From Ignicoccus islandicus DSM 13165 (GTDB taxonomy: Archaea > Thermoproteota > Thermoprotei_A > Sulfolobales > Ignicoccaceae): a stretch of 32,000 bases of DNA. The translations under genes and the position numbers were made by a program. The stretch covers positions 30,001 through 62,000 of the forward strand of contig NZ_CP006867.1 in the NCBI RefSeq assembly GCF_001481685.1, given 5' to 3'. Positions 9,823 to 19,519 of the stretch are shown piece by piece; the first letter of the stretch is position 1; every line of letters starts with the position of its first letter. The notes under the pieces are model-generated. The model had not been told where the DNA came from, searched no databases, and saw only the letters and a list, made by a program, of their open reading frames with translations.

Positions 9823-9987
9823 ATGGCGAAGTTCAGGCCACCTAAGGAGAGGAAATTTGGAAGGGGTGCGAGGCGCTGCCAAAGGTGTGGTTCACAAGAT
9901 GCGGTAATCACGAAGTATGGACTCTATCTATGTAGGCAATGCTTCCGAGAAGTCGCACCAACTTTGGGTTTCAAGAAATACAGGTAA
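9823..9987 (+). CDS. rps14: 30S ribosomal protein uS14 (zinc-ribbon type, 54 aa); absent from the supplied ORF track because it is under 60 aa
   Basis: Hand translation gives [54 protein letters not shown], with stop TAA at 9985-9987. It has CxxC...CxxC and sits exactly where S14 belongs, between L5 and S8. Confidence 0.92.
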   Translation: MAKFRPPKERKFGRGARRCQRCGSQDAVITKYGLYLCRQCFREVAPTLGFKKYR

Positions 9988-10003
9988 GGTGATAACCGTG
10001 GTG

Positions 10004-10399
10004 ATGTTGGATCCCCTAGCCAATGCGCTCAACACTATCTATCAAAACGAAATGAGAGGCAATAAGGAAGCAATAATAATGCCAGCATCTAAGTTAATTG
10101 CTAACGTCTTAAGGGTTATGCAACAAGAGGGGTATGTTGGAGAAATAGAATATATTGATGATGGAAGATGGGGCAAAATCAGAGTCCAGTTATTGGGTAG
10201 AATCAACAAGTGTGGTGCTATAAAGCCTCGTCAACCACTGAGCTATAATGATCTACTAAGACTACCGGAGTGGGTCAGAAGGTTCTTGCCATCGAAGGAC
10301 GTCGGTATACTAATACTAAGCACCTCCAATGGATTAATGACTCACAAACAAGCGTTGGAAAAGAGAATAGGTGGAATAGTGCTAGCATATGTCTATTGA
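10004..10399 (+). CDS. rps8: 30S ribosomal protein uS8
   Basis: [48 protein letters not shown]. The ORF-track start (9917) lies inside uS14. The ATG at 10004 (or GTG 9998/10001) gives the canonical N-terminus. Confidence 0.93.
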   Translation: MLDPLANALNTIYQNEMRGNKEAIIMPASKLIANVLRVMQQEGYVGEIEYIDDGRWGKIRVQLLGRINKCGAIKPRQPLSYNDLLRLPEWVRRFLPSKDVGILILSTSNGLMTHKQALEKRIGGIVLAYVY

Positions 10400-10461
10400 G
10401 ATTGCCTAAGTAATTTGTATATTTTAAATTCTCTACCAAATTCAAGGAAAAGTAGATATAG

Positions 10462-10872
10462 ATGCATGATATACTAATACTTGTGAAAATGTTGGAAGTT
10501 TCTTCTATAATGAAGGAAAATTTAGTTTCGTGCGAACCCAACTGTAAGATTGAGAAGGCTATCAAATTAATGGCCAAGAACGATGTAGGTAGTGTTGTTG
10601 TTGAGAGAGGAAGACTTGTAGGAATATTTACTGAGAGAGATCTCGTTAAGGCTCTTTCTAAGGGCGTATCGCTAGAAGCGCCAATTCGTGAGGTCATGTC
10701 AAGAGATCCTATAGTTGCACTAAAAGACGAGAGTTTGGAAAGCATCGTTCATAAGATGCTTGAGCGCGGCGTAAGACACATCCCTATAGTTGATAGTGAA
10801 GGACGACCTATTGGAGTAATAAGCCTGAAAGACGTTGTAAGGAAACTTTATATTGATTGCGGAAATATATGA
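10462..10872 (+). CDS. CBS-pair domain protein
   Basis: Two CBS repeats (IMKENLVSCEP...VGSVVVERGRLVGIFTERDLV; VMSRDPIVAL...VRHIPIVDSEGRPIGVISLKDVV). The true start may be the ATG at 10489. Confidence 0.8.
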   Translation: MHDILILVKMLEVSSIMKENLVSCEPNCKIEKAIKLMAKNDVGSVVVERGRLVGIFTERDLVKALSKGVSLEAPIREVMSRDPIVALKDESLESIVHKMLERGVRHIPIVDSEGRPIGVISLKDVVRKLYIDCGNI

Positions 10873-11615
10873 TTTTTCAGTTCTCTTAATCTGAAAATAG
10901 TAACCTCTGTAAGAGCACATGCTAGTGCAGCAACGCTCCGCGCGACTTTCCGAATTCTCTTAGGATCTTGTAATAATCTCCAAGCCCATTCGAGACCTAA
11001 ATTGTATATTATGTCAGGCGCTCTCTTCTCTACTCCCGCAACCATCTTGAGCGCTCCACCCACTCCTATGGCTAATCCTACCCCTCCTTTCTCTAAATAT
11101 GGACTAAGGGCATCTATCAAGAGCTCTTGTTTGGGAGGACCGAGTGCGATAATCACCACCGAGGGCTTTAATTCCAAGATCAAGTTACCTATAGATTCTA
11201 TTTTCTCGCGTTCGCGACGAGGATCTAATGGTACCTCACCTGGATCGAAATAAAATAATGGTGCATCTGGGAATTTATTGCGCACTTTTTCAAATATTTC
11301 ATTTGACGCACCTACTATCAAAGTTCTTACTTTGTTCCGTTGCACTTCTTCAAGAAGTCTGAATATTAGTCTGCTACCGGGAGCTTTCCTTAGTGGAATT
11401 TTTCCATATTTGAGCCTTAATAATAGATAGACCCAGTGGCCGTCGATTACAGTAGTACCTCTATTTAACGCTTTCTTGTAATCTCTTAAACGTAAAGCCC
11501 AATAAATTATTTCCATATTTATCGTATAGACCTTTTTCCCCACATCAAAGGTTAGTATTCCTTCTCCTTGGGGATTGGTTATAGTAACCCCACATATTTC
11601 GAGAACGTTCTTCAT
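10848..11615 (-). CDS. WecG/TagA/CpsF-family glycosyltransferase
   Basis: IDGHWVYLLL, RTLIVGASNEI, VVIIALGPPKQELLI, LAIGVGGALKMVAGVEKRAPD and LGLEWAWRLLQDPKR follow the family pattern (LG.PKQE ... GvGg.fd..aG...RAP ... glEW..Rl..eP.R). Confidence 0.75.
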   Translation of the reverse strand: MKNVLEICGVTITNPQGEGILTFDVGKKVYTINMEIIYWALRLRDYKKALNRGTTVIDGHWVYLLLRLKYGKIPLRKAPGSRLIFRLLEEVQRNKVRTLIVGASNEIFEKVRNKFPDAPLFYFDPGEVPLDPRREREKIESIGNLILELKPSVVIIALGPPKQELLIDALSPYLEKGGVGLAIGVGGALKMVAGVEKRAPDIIYNLGLEWAWRLLQDPKRIRKVARSVAALACALTEVTIFRLRELKNHIFPQSI

Positions 11616-11675
11616 GATAACTCCGTAAACTGTACAGTAAACGAGAATATTTAGGGAAATAATATTATGAACAAT

Positions 11676-12440
11676 CTACTTGAAAAACATGTGTCTTACC
11701 GTCTTTTTGACTAACTTCTTACTCACATATCTTGCATAAATGCTAGGAGGTATTGTACCCCTAACTATTTTTACCTTACCTTTTAATATCGAATCTATTA
11801 CTGAATATGGATCGAGTTCTTCTACTTCTATAATGTTATGCGCAGCTGCAACCATTTCGACCTCATGTGCATCGCTATTCGATACGATGGGTTTCCCAAG
11901 AGTTTTAGCAGTCGCTATGGCTCTCTCGTTTACTTTCCTAGGTGCTCTAGCGTTCCATCCCTCTATTGCATCCATATCTAGATCGTATATTAATTCACCG
12001 CAACCGTATCTTCTTTCATCGTAGGGATGAGCCGGTATGTAGAGACAGTTGTTCTTCCTCGTCCATTCGTAAAGCTTTACAGCGTCAATTGGGTAGTTGT
12101 CATCGTCTAGGACTTGAGGACAGAGGACCAGTATGTCCATTAATTTTCCCGAATATCTAGCTCTAACCTCATTACCGTATAGTACTACTAGCTCGATGCC
12201 TTTATCCTTTACATATTCGATTGCCTTCTTAGACCCCTTAAAAGTATTGTGGTCTGTGATTGAAATTGCCTTAAGCCCTTTCTCTAAAGCTGAGTGAATC
12301 ATTTCTTCTACTGTATTTAATCCATCGCTATACGTTGAATGCATATGTAGGTCAGCCTTGATTTTTGGCACATTTAGAACCCAGTAGAAAACGCTTTTGC
12401 GATTAATTTGCATTTGTTCGTTTATGCGAAGATGTAACAT
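11676..12440 (-). CDS. PHP-domain (polymerase/histidinol-phosphatase-like) metal-dependent phosphoesterase
   Basis: ADLHMHSTYSDG, AISITDHNT and SNSDAH motifs. The start is probably an internal ATG (MQINRK..., about 12413). Confidence 0.8.
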   Translation of the reverse strand: MLHLRINEQMQINRKSVFYWVLNVPKIKADLHMHSTYSDGLNTVEEMIHSALEKGLKAISITDHNTFKGSKKAIEYVKDKGIELVVLYGNEVRARYSGKLMDILVLCPQVLDDDNYPIDAVKLYEWTRKNNCLYIPAHPYDERRYGCGELIYDLDMDAIEGWNARAPRKVNERAIATAKTLGKPIVSNSDAHEVEMVAAAHNIIEVEELDPYSVIDSILKGKVKIVRGTIPPSIYARYVSKKLVKKTVRHMFFK

Positions 12441-12578
12441 TTAAACCATCGTTAGGAATTCAAACGCATATAAGTAATTGATTGGGTGTGTTAGGTTATT
12501 ATGTGTTCCGAGGTACTCACTTGCCTTTACTTAATATTCGTTATCAAACACAATGGTCGAGAGGGGGTATGAGAAGAC

Positions 12579-13778
12579 GTGATGCCGCTTCTAGGAGTCG
12601 TAGGTAAGACTAACGTAGGTAAGTCAACTTTCTTCTCTGCAGCAACCATGGTAGAAGTTCCAATAGAGAACAGACCTTTCGTTACCATAGATCCTAACAT
12701 AGGTATTGGGTACGTTAGAGTACCTTGCGTGCATGTTAAGTTGGGCTTACCGCAATGCAACCCCATTGACGGTTTCTGTATGAAGGGTTGGCGATTTATC
12801 CCGGTTAAATTAATGGACGTTGCTGGACTTGTTCCCGGTGCCTCCGAGGGGAGGGGTCTAGGAAGCCAATTCCTTGAGAAAGTTAGTCGAAGCGATGCCT
12901 TACTTATAGTAGTAGACGCGTCTGGCAGTACTGATGAAGAGGGAAATCCAGTTCCTCCTGGATCTCATGACCCAACTGAAGACGTTAAAATTCTGCTTGA
13001 GGAGTATGTAAATTGGATGTTTTCTCAAATATTAAAAGACTGGAAGAGCTTTAGTATGAAGGTCGACACCAGCGGTGAATCTATTGAAGACGCCCTATAT
13101 AAGCGTCTAAGCGGCTTCAAGGTGAAGAGAGATCAAATTAAGTTAGCTTTAGATGAATTATCGCCGCCATCCAAGCTCTCCAAATGGTCCCAAGCTGATA
13201 TAAAGAGCTTTATCGATAAAGTTGTTGAGTTTAAGCCCAAGGTAATTGTAGCTAACAAAGCGGACTTACCGCAAGCGGAAAGCCTCATTGAACGATTGAA
13301 AGAGCAACTCCCATACAAAGTTATTCCAACATCTGCAGCTGCAGAGATGATACTTAGGAAGGCGGCCAAGGAAGGGTATATAGAATACGTCCCTGGTGAT
13401 GCCGACTTCACTGAGGTTAAGACGTTAAGTCCCAAACAAAAGAAGGTACTTGAGACTATTAGGAAAAACGTCTTAGAAAAATGGGGATCTACTGGTGTTG
13501 TACAGTCTCTCAATACAGTTGTATTCGATGAAATGGATATGACAGTGGTGTATCCGGTACATGATGTAAATAGATATACAGACACCGAAGGTAGAGTATT
13601 GCCAGAAGCCAGACTCGTCAAAAAAGGTATAACAGTCAGGGAGTTCGCAGGCCTAATACACTCTGATTTTCAGAAGCACTTTCTATATGCAATCGATGCA
13701 TTATCTTCACGAAAGCTTGGCGGAGAGCATAGAATTGATAGGGAAATGGTTATTAAGATAGTATCCGCCAAGAAGTGA
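12579..13778 (+). CDS. YchF/OLA1-like P-loop GTPase/ATPase with C-terminal TGS-like domain
   Basis: GVVGKTNVGKSTFFSAAT (G1), DVAGLVPGASEGRGLG (G3), ANKADL (G4), and a C-terminal beta-grasp-like segment VYPVHD...LVKKGITVREFAGLIHSDF. Confidence 0.8.
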   Translation: MMPLLGVVGKTNVGKSTFFSAATMVEVPIENRPFVTIDPNIGIGYVRVPCVHVKLGLPQCNPIDGFCMKGWRFIPVKLMDVAGLVPGASEGRGLGSQFLEKVSRSDALLIVVDASGSTDEEGNPVPPGSHDPTEDVKILLEEYVNWMFSQILKDWKSFSMKVDTSGESIEDALYKRLSGFKVKRDQIKLALDELSPPSKLSKWSQADIKSFIDKVVEFKPKVIVANKADLPQAESLIERLKEQLPYKVIPTSAAAEMILRKAAKEGYIEYVPGDADFTEVKTLSPKQKKVLETIRKNVLEKWGSTGVVQSLNTVVFDEMDMTVVYPVHDVNRYTDTEGRVLPEARLVKKGITVREFAGLIHSDFQKHFLYAIDALSSRKLGGEHRIDREMVIKIVSAKK

Positions 13779-13856
13779 ATGTTGACCGTATAGTCAGCAA
13801 AGAGATAATAATCTCGACCCGGAAGTTAGGGTGAGAAACTAGCGTGGTGTGCCGCC

Positions 13857-15134
13857 ATGGAAACTGTTAGTACCCCAAGACGACAGTTCTTGAAAAAAGC
13901 GCTAGCAGCTGGTGTACTCGCGGGAGCGCTTGGAAAGGTCAGCTGGGCAGAAGCAGTTGATATGATGGCTGAGGCGGTTAGGAAAGGTAAGGTCAATATC
14001 GTTTGGTGGGAAGCACAGAGTTGCACTGGCGATACCACTTCTCTGATCCAAGCCACGGATCCCGATTTAATAGAAGTCTTAACTGGTGCCATCCACCTAG
14101 CCGGACCTGGAACCGTTGGTCTCGCCTTCCATGATACTGTAATGCCGGAGTGGGGAGAAGGAGCCATAGAAATATTAAAGATGGCTGAGAAGGGAATGTA
14201 CGATCCGTTCGTATTAGTTCTCGAAGGATCCGTTCCAGATGAGACGCACGCTAGGAAGTACTGTAAGGATCCTAACAGATGCGGATACTACTGCTTCGTA
14301 GGAGAGGAGAATGGTAGAGTGATAACATGTACTGAGTGGATAAGGAGACTTGCCAAGAGGGCGGTTGCAGTAGTAGCTGTTGGTAACTGCGCCTCTTATG
14401 GAGGCATCCCAGCCAATAAGGTTCTCGAACCTCCCCCAGGATGGAGTTACCCCAGTTGGAGCTTAGCGCCGACTGGCGCCGTCGGATTCTTCGATGACCC
14501 CGTAAGGGGCTACAAAGGTCTCATAAGCAGGTACGCTGATATGCCCGAATTTGAACCTTATTACAATTACATATATAGGAATTGTGAACCTAAGCTTAGC
14601 CCAGATAGCGATTGCAAACCCGCTGTTGCAGTACCCGGATGCCCAGCTAACGGTAACGGCATCCTAAGGGTTCTAGTACATATGGTTCTAGCTGCCCTCT
14701 ATCCAAAGATAGTTCCTCTACCAAAGGCATCTGAGTGGTTAGATGCCTACTCTAGGCCTAAGTACATCTTCGGTCACACTGTACACGAGCAATGCCCAAG
14801 AGCTGGGTTCTATGCAGCTGGTGACCTCAGACAAGAGCCTGGAGACAACGATGCCAAGTGTTTATTCGCCGTAGGATGCAAGGGTCCGGTAGCAAACTGT
14901 CCATGGAACAAGTTTGGATGGGTAAACGGCGTAGGTGGACCAACGAGAACGGGCGGTGTATGTATAGGCTGTACTATGCCCGGCTTTAGCGATGCCTATG
15001 AGCCGTTCTATAAGCCACTACCAGCGCCGGCAGCACCCAGCGTACCTACCGCTTTAGCCACCACTCTAGGCGCGGCGGCAATTGGTGCAATTGCAGGGTA
15101 TGCTATGTCTAAGAAGCATGGTAGCAAGAAGTGA
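13857..15134 (+). CDS. hynS: [NiFe] hydrogenase small subunit, Tat-exported, with C-terminal membrane anchor
   Basis: Twin-arginine signal TPRRQFLKKALAAGVLAGA. It has the proximal cluster motif WWEAQSCTGDT, multiple Cys clusters (GNCASYGG, VPGCPANG, EQCPR, GCKGPVANCPWN, CIGCTMPGF) and a hydrophobic C-terminal helix LATTLGAAAIGAIAGYAM followed by KKHGSKK. Confidence 0.92.
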   Translation: METVSTPRRQFLKKALAAGVLAGALGKVSWAEAVDMMAEAVRKGKVNIVWWEAQSCTGDTTSLIQATDPDLIEVLTGAIHLAGPGTVGLAFHDTVMPEWGEGAIEILKMAEKGMYDPFVLVLEGSVPDETHARKYCKDPNRCGYYCFVGEENGRVITCTEWIRRLAKRAVAVVAVGNCASYGGIPANKVLEPPPGWSYPSWSLAPTGAVGFFDDPVRGYKGLISRYADMPEFEPYYNYIYRNCEPKLSPDSDCKPAVAVPGCPANGNGILRVLVHMVLAALYPKIVPLPKASEWLDAYSRPKYIFGHTVHEQCPRAGFYAAGDLRQEPGDNDAKCLFAVGCKGPVANCPWNKFGWVNGVGGPTRTGGVCIGCTMPGFSDAYEPFYKPLPAPAAPSVPTALATTLGAAAIGAIAGYAMSKKHGSKK

Positions 15135-15180
15135 ATGTATTGTTTATAATTCTAGGTTACGTGAAGGGAGGTGATTTGAA

Positions 15181-17124
15181 ATGAGCGAGATATTCCTTCC
15201 CGCATCAAACGTAAAGGGAATAAGAAACGGTGTGGCGGAACTCTTTATAGATCCGATCACCAGAATCGAGGGTCACTTAGCACTGAAAGCTGAGATAGAT
15301 GTGAATCAGAGGAAACCAAAGGACACGTGGGTTTCTGCTACTATGTTTAGAGGATTCGAGGTATTCCTTAGAGGGAGAGCACCGGAAGACGCGATAGCAA
15401 TTAGTTCTAGAGTCTGTGGCGTCTGTGGTGCGAGTCACGCTAACGCAGCAACTATTGCAACTGATATGGCATTAGGCGCTGTTCCAACAGAATTAGGCGT
15501 TGTTTTGAGGAACATGGCCTTCGCAATGACTGACCACATTTACGACCATAGCATAATACTCAACCTCCTAGGAGGTCCCGACTACAGCGAGATAGTAGTA
15601 AAGAAGCTAACTCCAAAGTGTTGGGAGAGGGCACTTGAAACTGAAGCCAAGTACAGCGATATCCACGGATATAGGAAAATAGCTGACATTATGAAGGATT
15701 TGAACCCTATAGTTGGTAAGATATGGAAATTAACTGTAAAGTATCAAAGAATAGCGCGAGAGGCCGGCGTGCTACTTTATGGAAGGCACTCTCACCCCAG
15801 TACTTTAATTCCGGGCGGAATTTCGACTGATTTAAGTACCGCCAACTCGTTACTAGAGGCCTACACCTTTAGGTTAGTGAAACTCACAGCATGGGCTAAG
15901 TTCGTCACAAGCTTCTGGATGGATCTAGCTGACTTCTATAACACTGAATGCGGTTACGAGAAACAAGGCATGACCTATCCGAAGCCTACGTTATATAGCC
16001 CTGGTCTCATGGATGATCCAGAAACCTACAGCGCTTTAGGCGACAATTACATCGACATCTACAAGGAGTTCGATAAAGCAGCAATGAATAGAGGCACGCC
16101 ATCCGGACTTTACATTGCAGGTGAACTAGTAAGCGAAAAGCCATCAGATATGCAGAGAAACGTTGTCGAGTTAGTTGACAGCTCTTTCTATGAAGAATGG
16201 AAAGACAAAACCAGTCTATTTACCAAGGAAGATCCGGCTGGTCAACCATTGGTCGGTGGTAACGAGGAGCTCATGTGGTATCATCCTTGGAATAAGACTA
16301 CCATTCCTAAGCCCACCGACATCAATTGGGGTAACAAGTACAGCTGGGCTGCAACCGTGAGGATCTACTGGAACGGTAAGTTATACCCATTCGAAGTCGG
16401 TCCGATAGCTAGAATGTTTGTAACAGCTCATAGCCAGAGAAGAACGTGGGTAGAGAAAGCTGGAGGCGGCATAAAACATGGCGGAGGTAAAATAGAGGTA
16501 ACTCTACCGGCGTCAAGAAACGTCGACGACTTACCGAAGGGCACTTGGGAAGAAGTAACCCTAACTTACCATGCTCCACCATTTAGCACTACCATCGAGA
16601 GGGTTAGGGCTAGAGCCTTTGCAATGTCTGTCGACATTGTCGAGACTTGGACTAACGTCCTTAAAGCTCTCGAGTACGTGAGCCATGGAAGAAGCAAAGC
16701 ATCCAGACCATGGAAGACTCCTTCGTGGAGCCTTGGATATGGTCAATTAGAAGCTCCTAGAGGAAACGTCGAGCACTGGATAGTAGTCAAGAATGACAGG
16801 ATAGCCAACTACCAGATACACGCCCCAACTACACAGAACGTCGGACCTAAGGGTCCGAAAGGAACCTTGAGAAAGTTCTGCTCCAACGAAGACTGGATTA
16901 CGAGGAGTCCCGATGGATATTGCATGAGCCCCTTCGAAGCTGCAGCATTCAATACAGTGGTCACTGAAGAGATAGACGCAACTCAATGGAACGGCGTTGA
17001 TTACGTCAGGGCAATAAGGAGCTTCGATCCATGTATCGCTTGTGCTGCTCACATAGAGTTCGTTAAGGACAAAAAGACGGTAAAAACCGTAAAGAAGCTC
17101 CTAGCTAATGCTTGTAGTATATAA
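15181..17124 (+). CDS. hynL: [NiFe] hydrogenase large (catalytic) subunit
   Basis: N-terminal Ni-binding motif RVCGVCGASH and C-terminal DPCIACAAH, followed by a 23-aa tail (IEFVKDKK...ANACSI) of the kind removed by a maturation endopeptidase. A strong SD (GGGAGGTGA) precedes the ATG. Confidence 0.95.
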   Translation: MSEIFLPASNVKGIRNGVAELFIDPITRIEGHLALKAEIDVNQRKPKDTWVSATMFRGFEVFLRGRAPEDAIAISSRVCGVCGASHANAATIATDMALGAVPTELGVVLRNMAFAMTDHIYDHSIILNLLGGPDYSEIVVKKLTPKCWERALETEAKYSDIHGYRKIADIMKDLNPIVGKIWKLTVKYQRIAREAGVLLYGRHSHPSTLIPGGISTDLSTANSLLEAYTFRLVKLTAWAKFVTSFWMDLADFYNTECGYEKQGMTYPKPTLYSPGLMDDPETYSALGDNYIDIYKEFDKAAMNRGTPSGLYIAGELVSEKPSDMQRNVVELVDSSFYEEWKDKTSLFTKEDPAGQPLVGGNEELMWYHPWNKTTIPKPTDINWGNKYSWAATVRIYWNGKLYPFEVGPIARMFVTAHSQRRTWVEKAGGGIKHGGGKIEVTLPASRNVDDLPKGTWEEVTLTYHAPPFSTTIERVRARAFAMSVDIVETWTNVLKALEYVSHGRSKASRPWKTPSWSLGYGQLEAPRGNVEHWIVVKNDRIANYQIHAPTTQNVGPKGPKGTLRKFCSNEDWITRSPDGYCMSPFEAAAFNTVVTEEIDATQWNGVDYVRAIRSFDPCIACAAHIEFVKDKKTVKTVKKLLANACSI

Positions 17125-17178
17125 TCATTTTTTAATCATATACCCTAATGAAATAGGCATTTTAGGAGGTGATCTAGG

Positions 17179-18003
17179 ATGAACGTTGGCGGATGGAGTT
17201 CACCATCGAATCTCTTCGGGTTCGCAGTGTACTACTTACTGGTGCCTAGCGTATTCATATTCTCTGCAGGAGCGGCATACAGACTAGTTAGAATGCTAGT
17301 CAGAGCTAGAATACCGCCTGCTCAAAGAAGGAAGTTCTCGTTCGGCGAAGCTGTAAAGGGACTTATAATGGCCTTCCTCAGACCAATAATATTCTCTATA
17401 ACTAACAAACCCGACGACTTCATTGCTGGATTGGTACTACTTCACGTGTTAGGTGTAATACCAGTACTATTCCTACTCTCCGAGCACATTGCGTGGTGGA
17501 CGTATTACTTCCCGCCCTACAAAGCTCTATGGATCTTCGCTGTACCATTAAGCGTGACGAGTAGCGTACTAACTGTTACAGCTCCAGTGATACCATCAAG
17601 TAACATGTCAACCGCGTTCGTTAACACTATCTGGGGACCGTTAACCGTACTATTGAACGGTGACTTACTAGCGATATTCGTATTAGTTGCACTAGGCTAC
17701 AAGTGTGCCGCGAGGCTGACCGAAATATTAATGAAAGGTAACCAAGCACCCTACAGGCTTGGAGACTTCGTAGCATACGCGCTGCTCTTTGGAATAATAC
17801 TTAGCGGATATATGGCAGCGAGACACTACCCTTCAGCAGATAGCGTTACTTATACGAATGTGTTAGGATTACATATATTACTGGCGGAATTACTCCTGAT
17901 ATACTTACCATTTAGTAAATATTGGCACTTCGTGTTTGGTTACTGGTATGGTAAGATTCACGAGTGGTATGATGTAGATATAAAGAGAGGTGAGGCGTTA
18001 TGA
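17179..18003 (+). CDS. isp1: Integral membrane Isp1-like (NarI/cytochrome b-like) hydrogenase electron-transfer subunit
   Basis: 274 aa with about 5 predicted hydrophobic helices carrying conserved-looking His residues (LLHVLG, SEHIAWW, LGLHILL, KYWHFVFGYW). The position after hynSL matches Isp-type clusters. AGGAGGTGA SD. Confidence 0.8.
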   Translation: MNVGGWSSPSNLFGFAVYYLLVPSVFIFSAGAAYRLVRMLVRARIPPAQRRKFSFGEAVKGLIMAFLRPIIFSITNKPDDFIAGLVLLHVLGVIPVLFLLSEHIAWWTYYFPPYKALWIFAVPLSVTSSVLTVTAPVIPSSNMSTAFVNTIWGPLTVLLNGDLLAIFVLVALGYKCAARLTEILMKGNQAPYRLGDFVAYALLFGIILSGYMAARHYPSADSVTYTNVLGLHILLAELLLIYLPFSKYWHFVFGYWYGKIHEWYDVDIKRGEAL

Positions 18004-19457
18004 GCTCCCCTAGTGGAACGGATATGAATAAGATGATGCAAGAGTTCATTGAAATGATGCAAAAGAACAAGGTTGACCTAGAGACCGCAATTAAGAAGGC
18101 TATGTCTAAAGTAGATGCCGTAATGCTTCACTACTTAGAGAACTGTATAAATTGTGCTGGATGTGCACCAGCTTGTCCATTTTACGAGGTTGGTCCAGAG
18201 TACAGCCCTGTCAACAAAGCCGAAGAAGTTAGGAAAATATATAGAAAGGAAATGACCATTGCAGGCAAAATCCTCGGCAAACTGGTAGGTGCTGAAAAGC
18301 CAACGGAGGAAGACATCGACAGATTGATGGATTTGGCTTACGCTTGTACTAACTGTGGCCACTGTTACTATACTTGTATGGTCGGTATTCATAGCGGAAA
18401 GGTCGTTGGCCTACTAAAGTCAATACTAACTGCAACTGGTAACGTTCCAACTTTGCTCGCAATGTTCGAGGCGCTAGAAGTCTATCAAATGTATAAGCAA
18501 GTTCCCGGATTAATGCAAGTTTGGCAGAGCGCTCTAGAGGAAGCACAGAAGGTAGCTGGACCAATAGAATTCGACAAGAAATTCCCCAAGGAAGATATAG
18601 GCAAGCCTAAGGTCTTCTTCCTAGGCTGGTTAACAGACGCCATGATGATGAGAGAAGGCTTTATATCCACCATAAAGATATTGAATAAGCTCAAAGAAGG
18701 TGGAGTAATAGACTGGACCATGTGGAGCGTTCCAGAGGGTATAAGAGCTCCAATAAGCGTAGTAATTGGTAACTCCGAAAACGCAGTAAAGGTGGTGAGC
18801 CACATAGCTAAGGTTATCGATGAATACAATCCCGATTACGTTGTAATGATGGACGGAGGATTCGTATATCCCACGTGGCGCTTCGAGATGTATGGAACTA
18901 TAATTAAATCCCTAGGAAAGAAGCCAGAGTGGAAGATAATTCACATAACGGAGTTATTAGACGAATTACTAAAAGAGGGTAAAATAAAATTCGAGAAGTC
19001 CAATGATGCAATAACTTGGCACGATCCTTGCCAGTTAGGTAGACACTCCGGGGTTTACGAACCTCCAAGAAACCTCCTCAAGGCAGCAAGTACAGGATAT
19101 CGCGATCTACCTCATAATAGAGAAATGAACTACTGCTGCGGTGGTGGAGGAGGGATTGGATGTATACTTCGAGAAGTGAGACTAATGATGAGTCAAATAG
19201 TTGGTATGGACATTAAGATACCACCTAAGGAAGAGGAGTTCGAGAGAAACGTTGAGAAGAAGCACCTAATAGCTGTTAGGAGGAAGATGGAAGACATAAA
19301 GAAGAGCGGTGCCGACATTGTGGCTACGGCTTGCCCAGCTTGCATCGAAACGATAGCTAGAGGAGTTAAACACTACGGTAAGGAAATGGGTATATCTCAC
19401 GTAAAAGTAATTCACATATCCGAGTACCTAGCGGACAAACTAAAGGTCGTTGGCTGA
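18000..19457 (+). CDS. isp2: Isp2-like Fe-S protein (HdrD/GlpC-like, two 4Fe-4S motifs plus CCG domains)
   Basis: CINCAGCAPACP and CTNCGHCYYTC ferredoxin motifs. Cys-rich CCG-type motifs HDPCQ...YCCGGGGG and ACPACIET. Overlaps the isp1 stop by 4 nt. Confidence 0.88.
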   Translation: MSSPSGTDMNKMMQEFIEMMQKNKVDLETAIKKAMSKVDAVMLHYLENCINCAGCAPACPFYEVGPEYSPVNKAEEVRKIYRKEMTIAGKILGKLVGAEKPTEEDIDRLMDLAYACTNCGHCYYTCMVGIHSGKVVGLLKSILTATGNVPTLLAMFEALEVYQMYKQVPGLMQVWQSALEEAQKVAGPIEFDKKFPKEDIGKPKVFFLGWLTDAMMMREGFISTIKILNKLKEGGVIDWTMWSVPEGIRAPISVVIGNSENAVKVVSHIAKVIDEYNPDYVVMMDGGFVYPTWRFEMYGTIIKSLGKKPEWKIIHITELLDELLKEGKIKFEKSNDAITWHDPCQLGRHSGVYEPPRNLLKAASTGYRDLPHNREMNYCCGGGGGIGCILREVRLMMSQIVGMDIKIPPKEEEFERNVEKKHLIAVRRKMEDIKKSGADIVATACPACIETIARGVKHYGKEMGISHVKVIHISEYLADKLKVVG

Positions 19458-19519
19458 AACGAAAATTTTCACTACTATCCCAACTTTTTATAAGTTTTCT
19501 TAATAAACAGGGCAAATCC

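Noticed and set aside
9917-10003. N-terminal 29-aa extension of the uS8 ORF as given in the ORF track ([12 protein letters not shown]...).
   Set aside because: It overlaps the hand-found uS14 gene in another frame. The canonical uS8 N-terminus (MLDPLANAL) begins at the ATG at 10004.
10874-10897. Hairpin TTTTCAG-N10-CTGAAAA right after the CBS gene stop, a possible bidirectional terminator.
   Set aside because: The stem is only 7 bp and A/T-rich with a 10-nt loop, well within chance expectation, and it lies inside the WecG-like ORF tail.
13826-14167. Long antisense or alternative-frame ORFs inside well-supported genes (e.g. 13826-14167, 10275-10745, 16747-17052, 13133-13621, 18485-18829, 8374-8649).
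   Set aside because: They are shadow ORFs opposite or overlapping genes with strong family signatures. They have low-complexity Ser/Leu/Thr-rich translations and no recognisable motifs.
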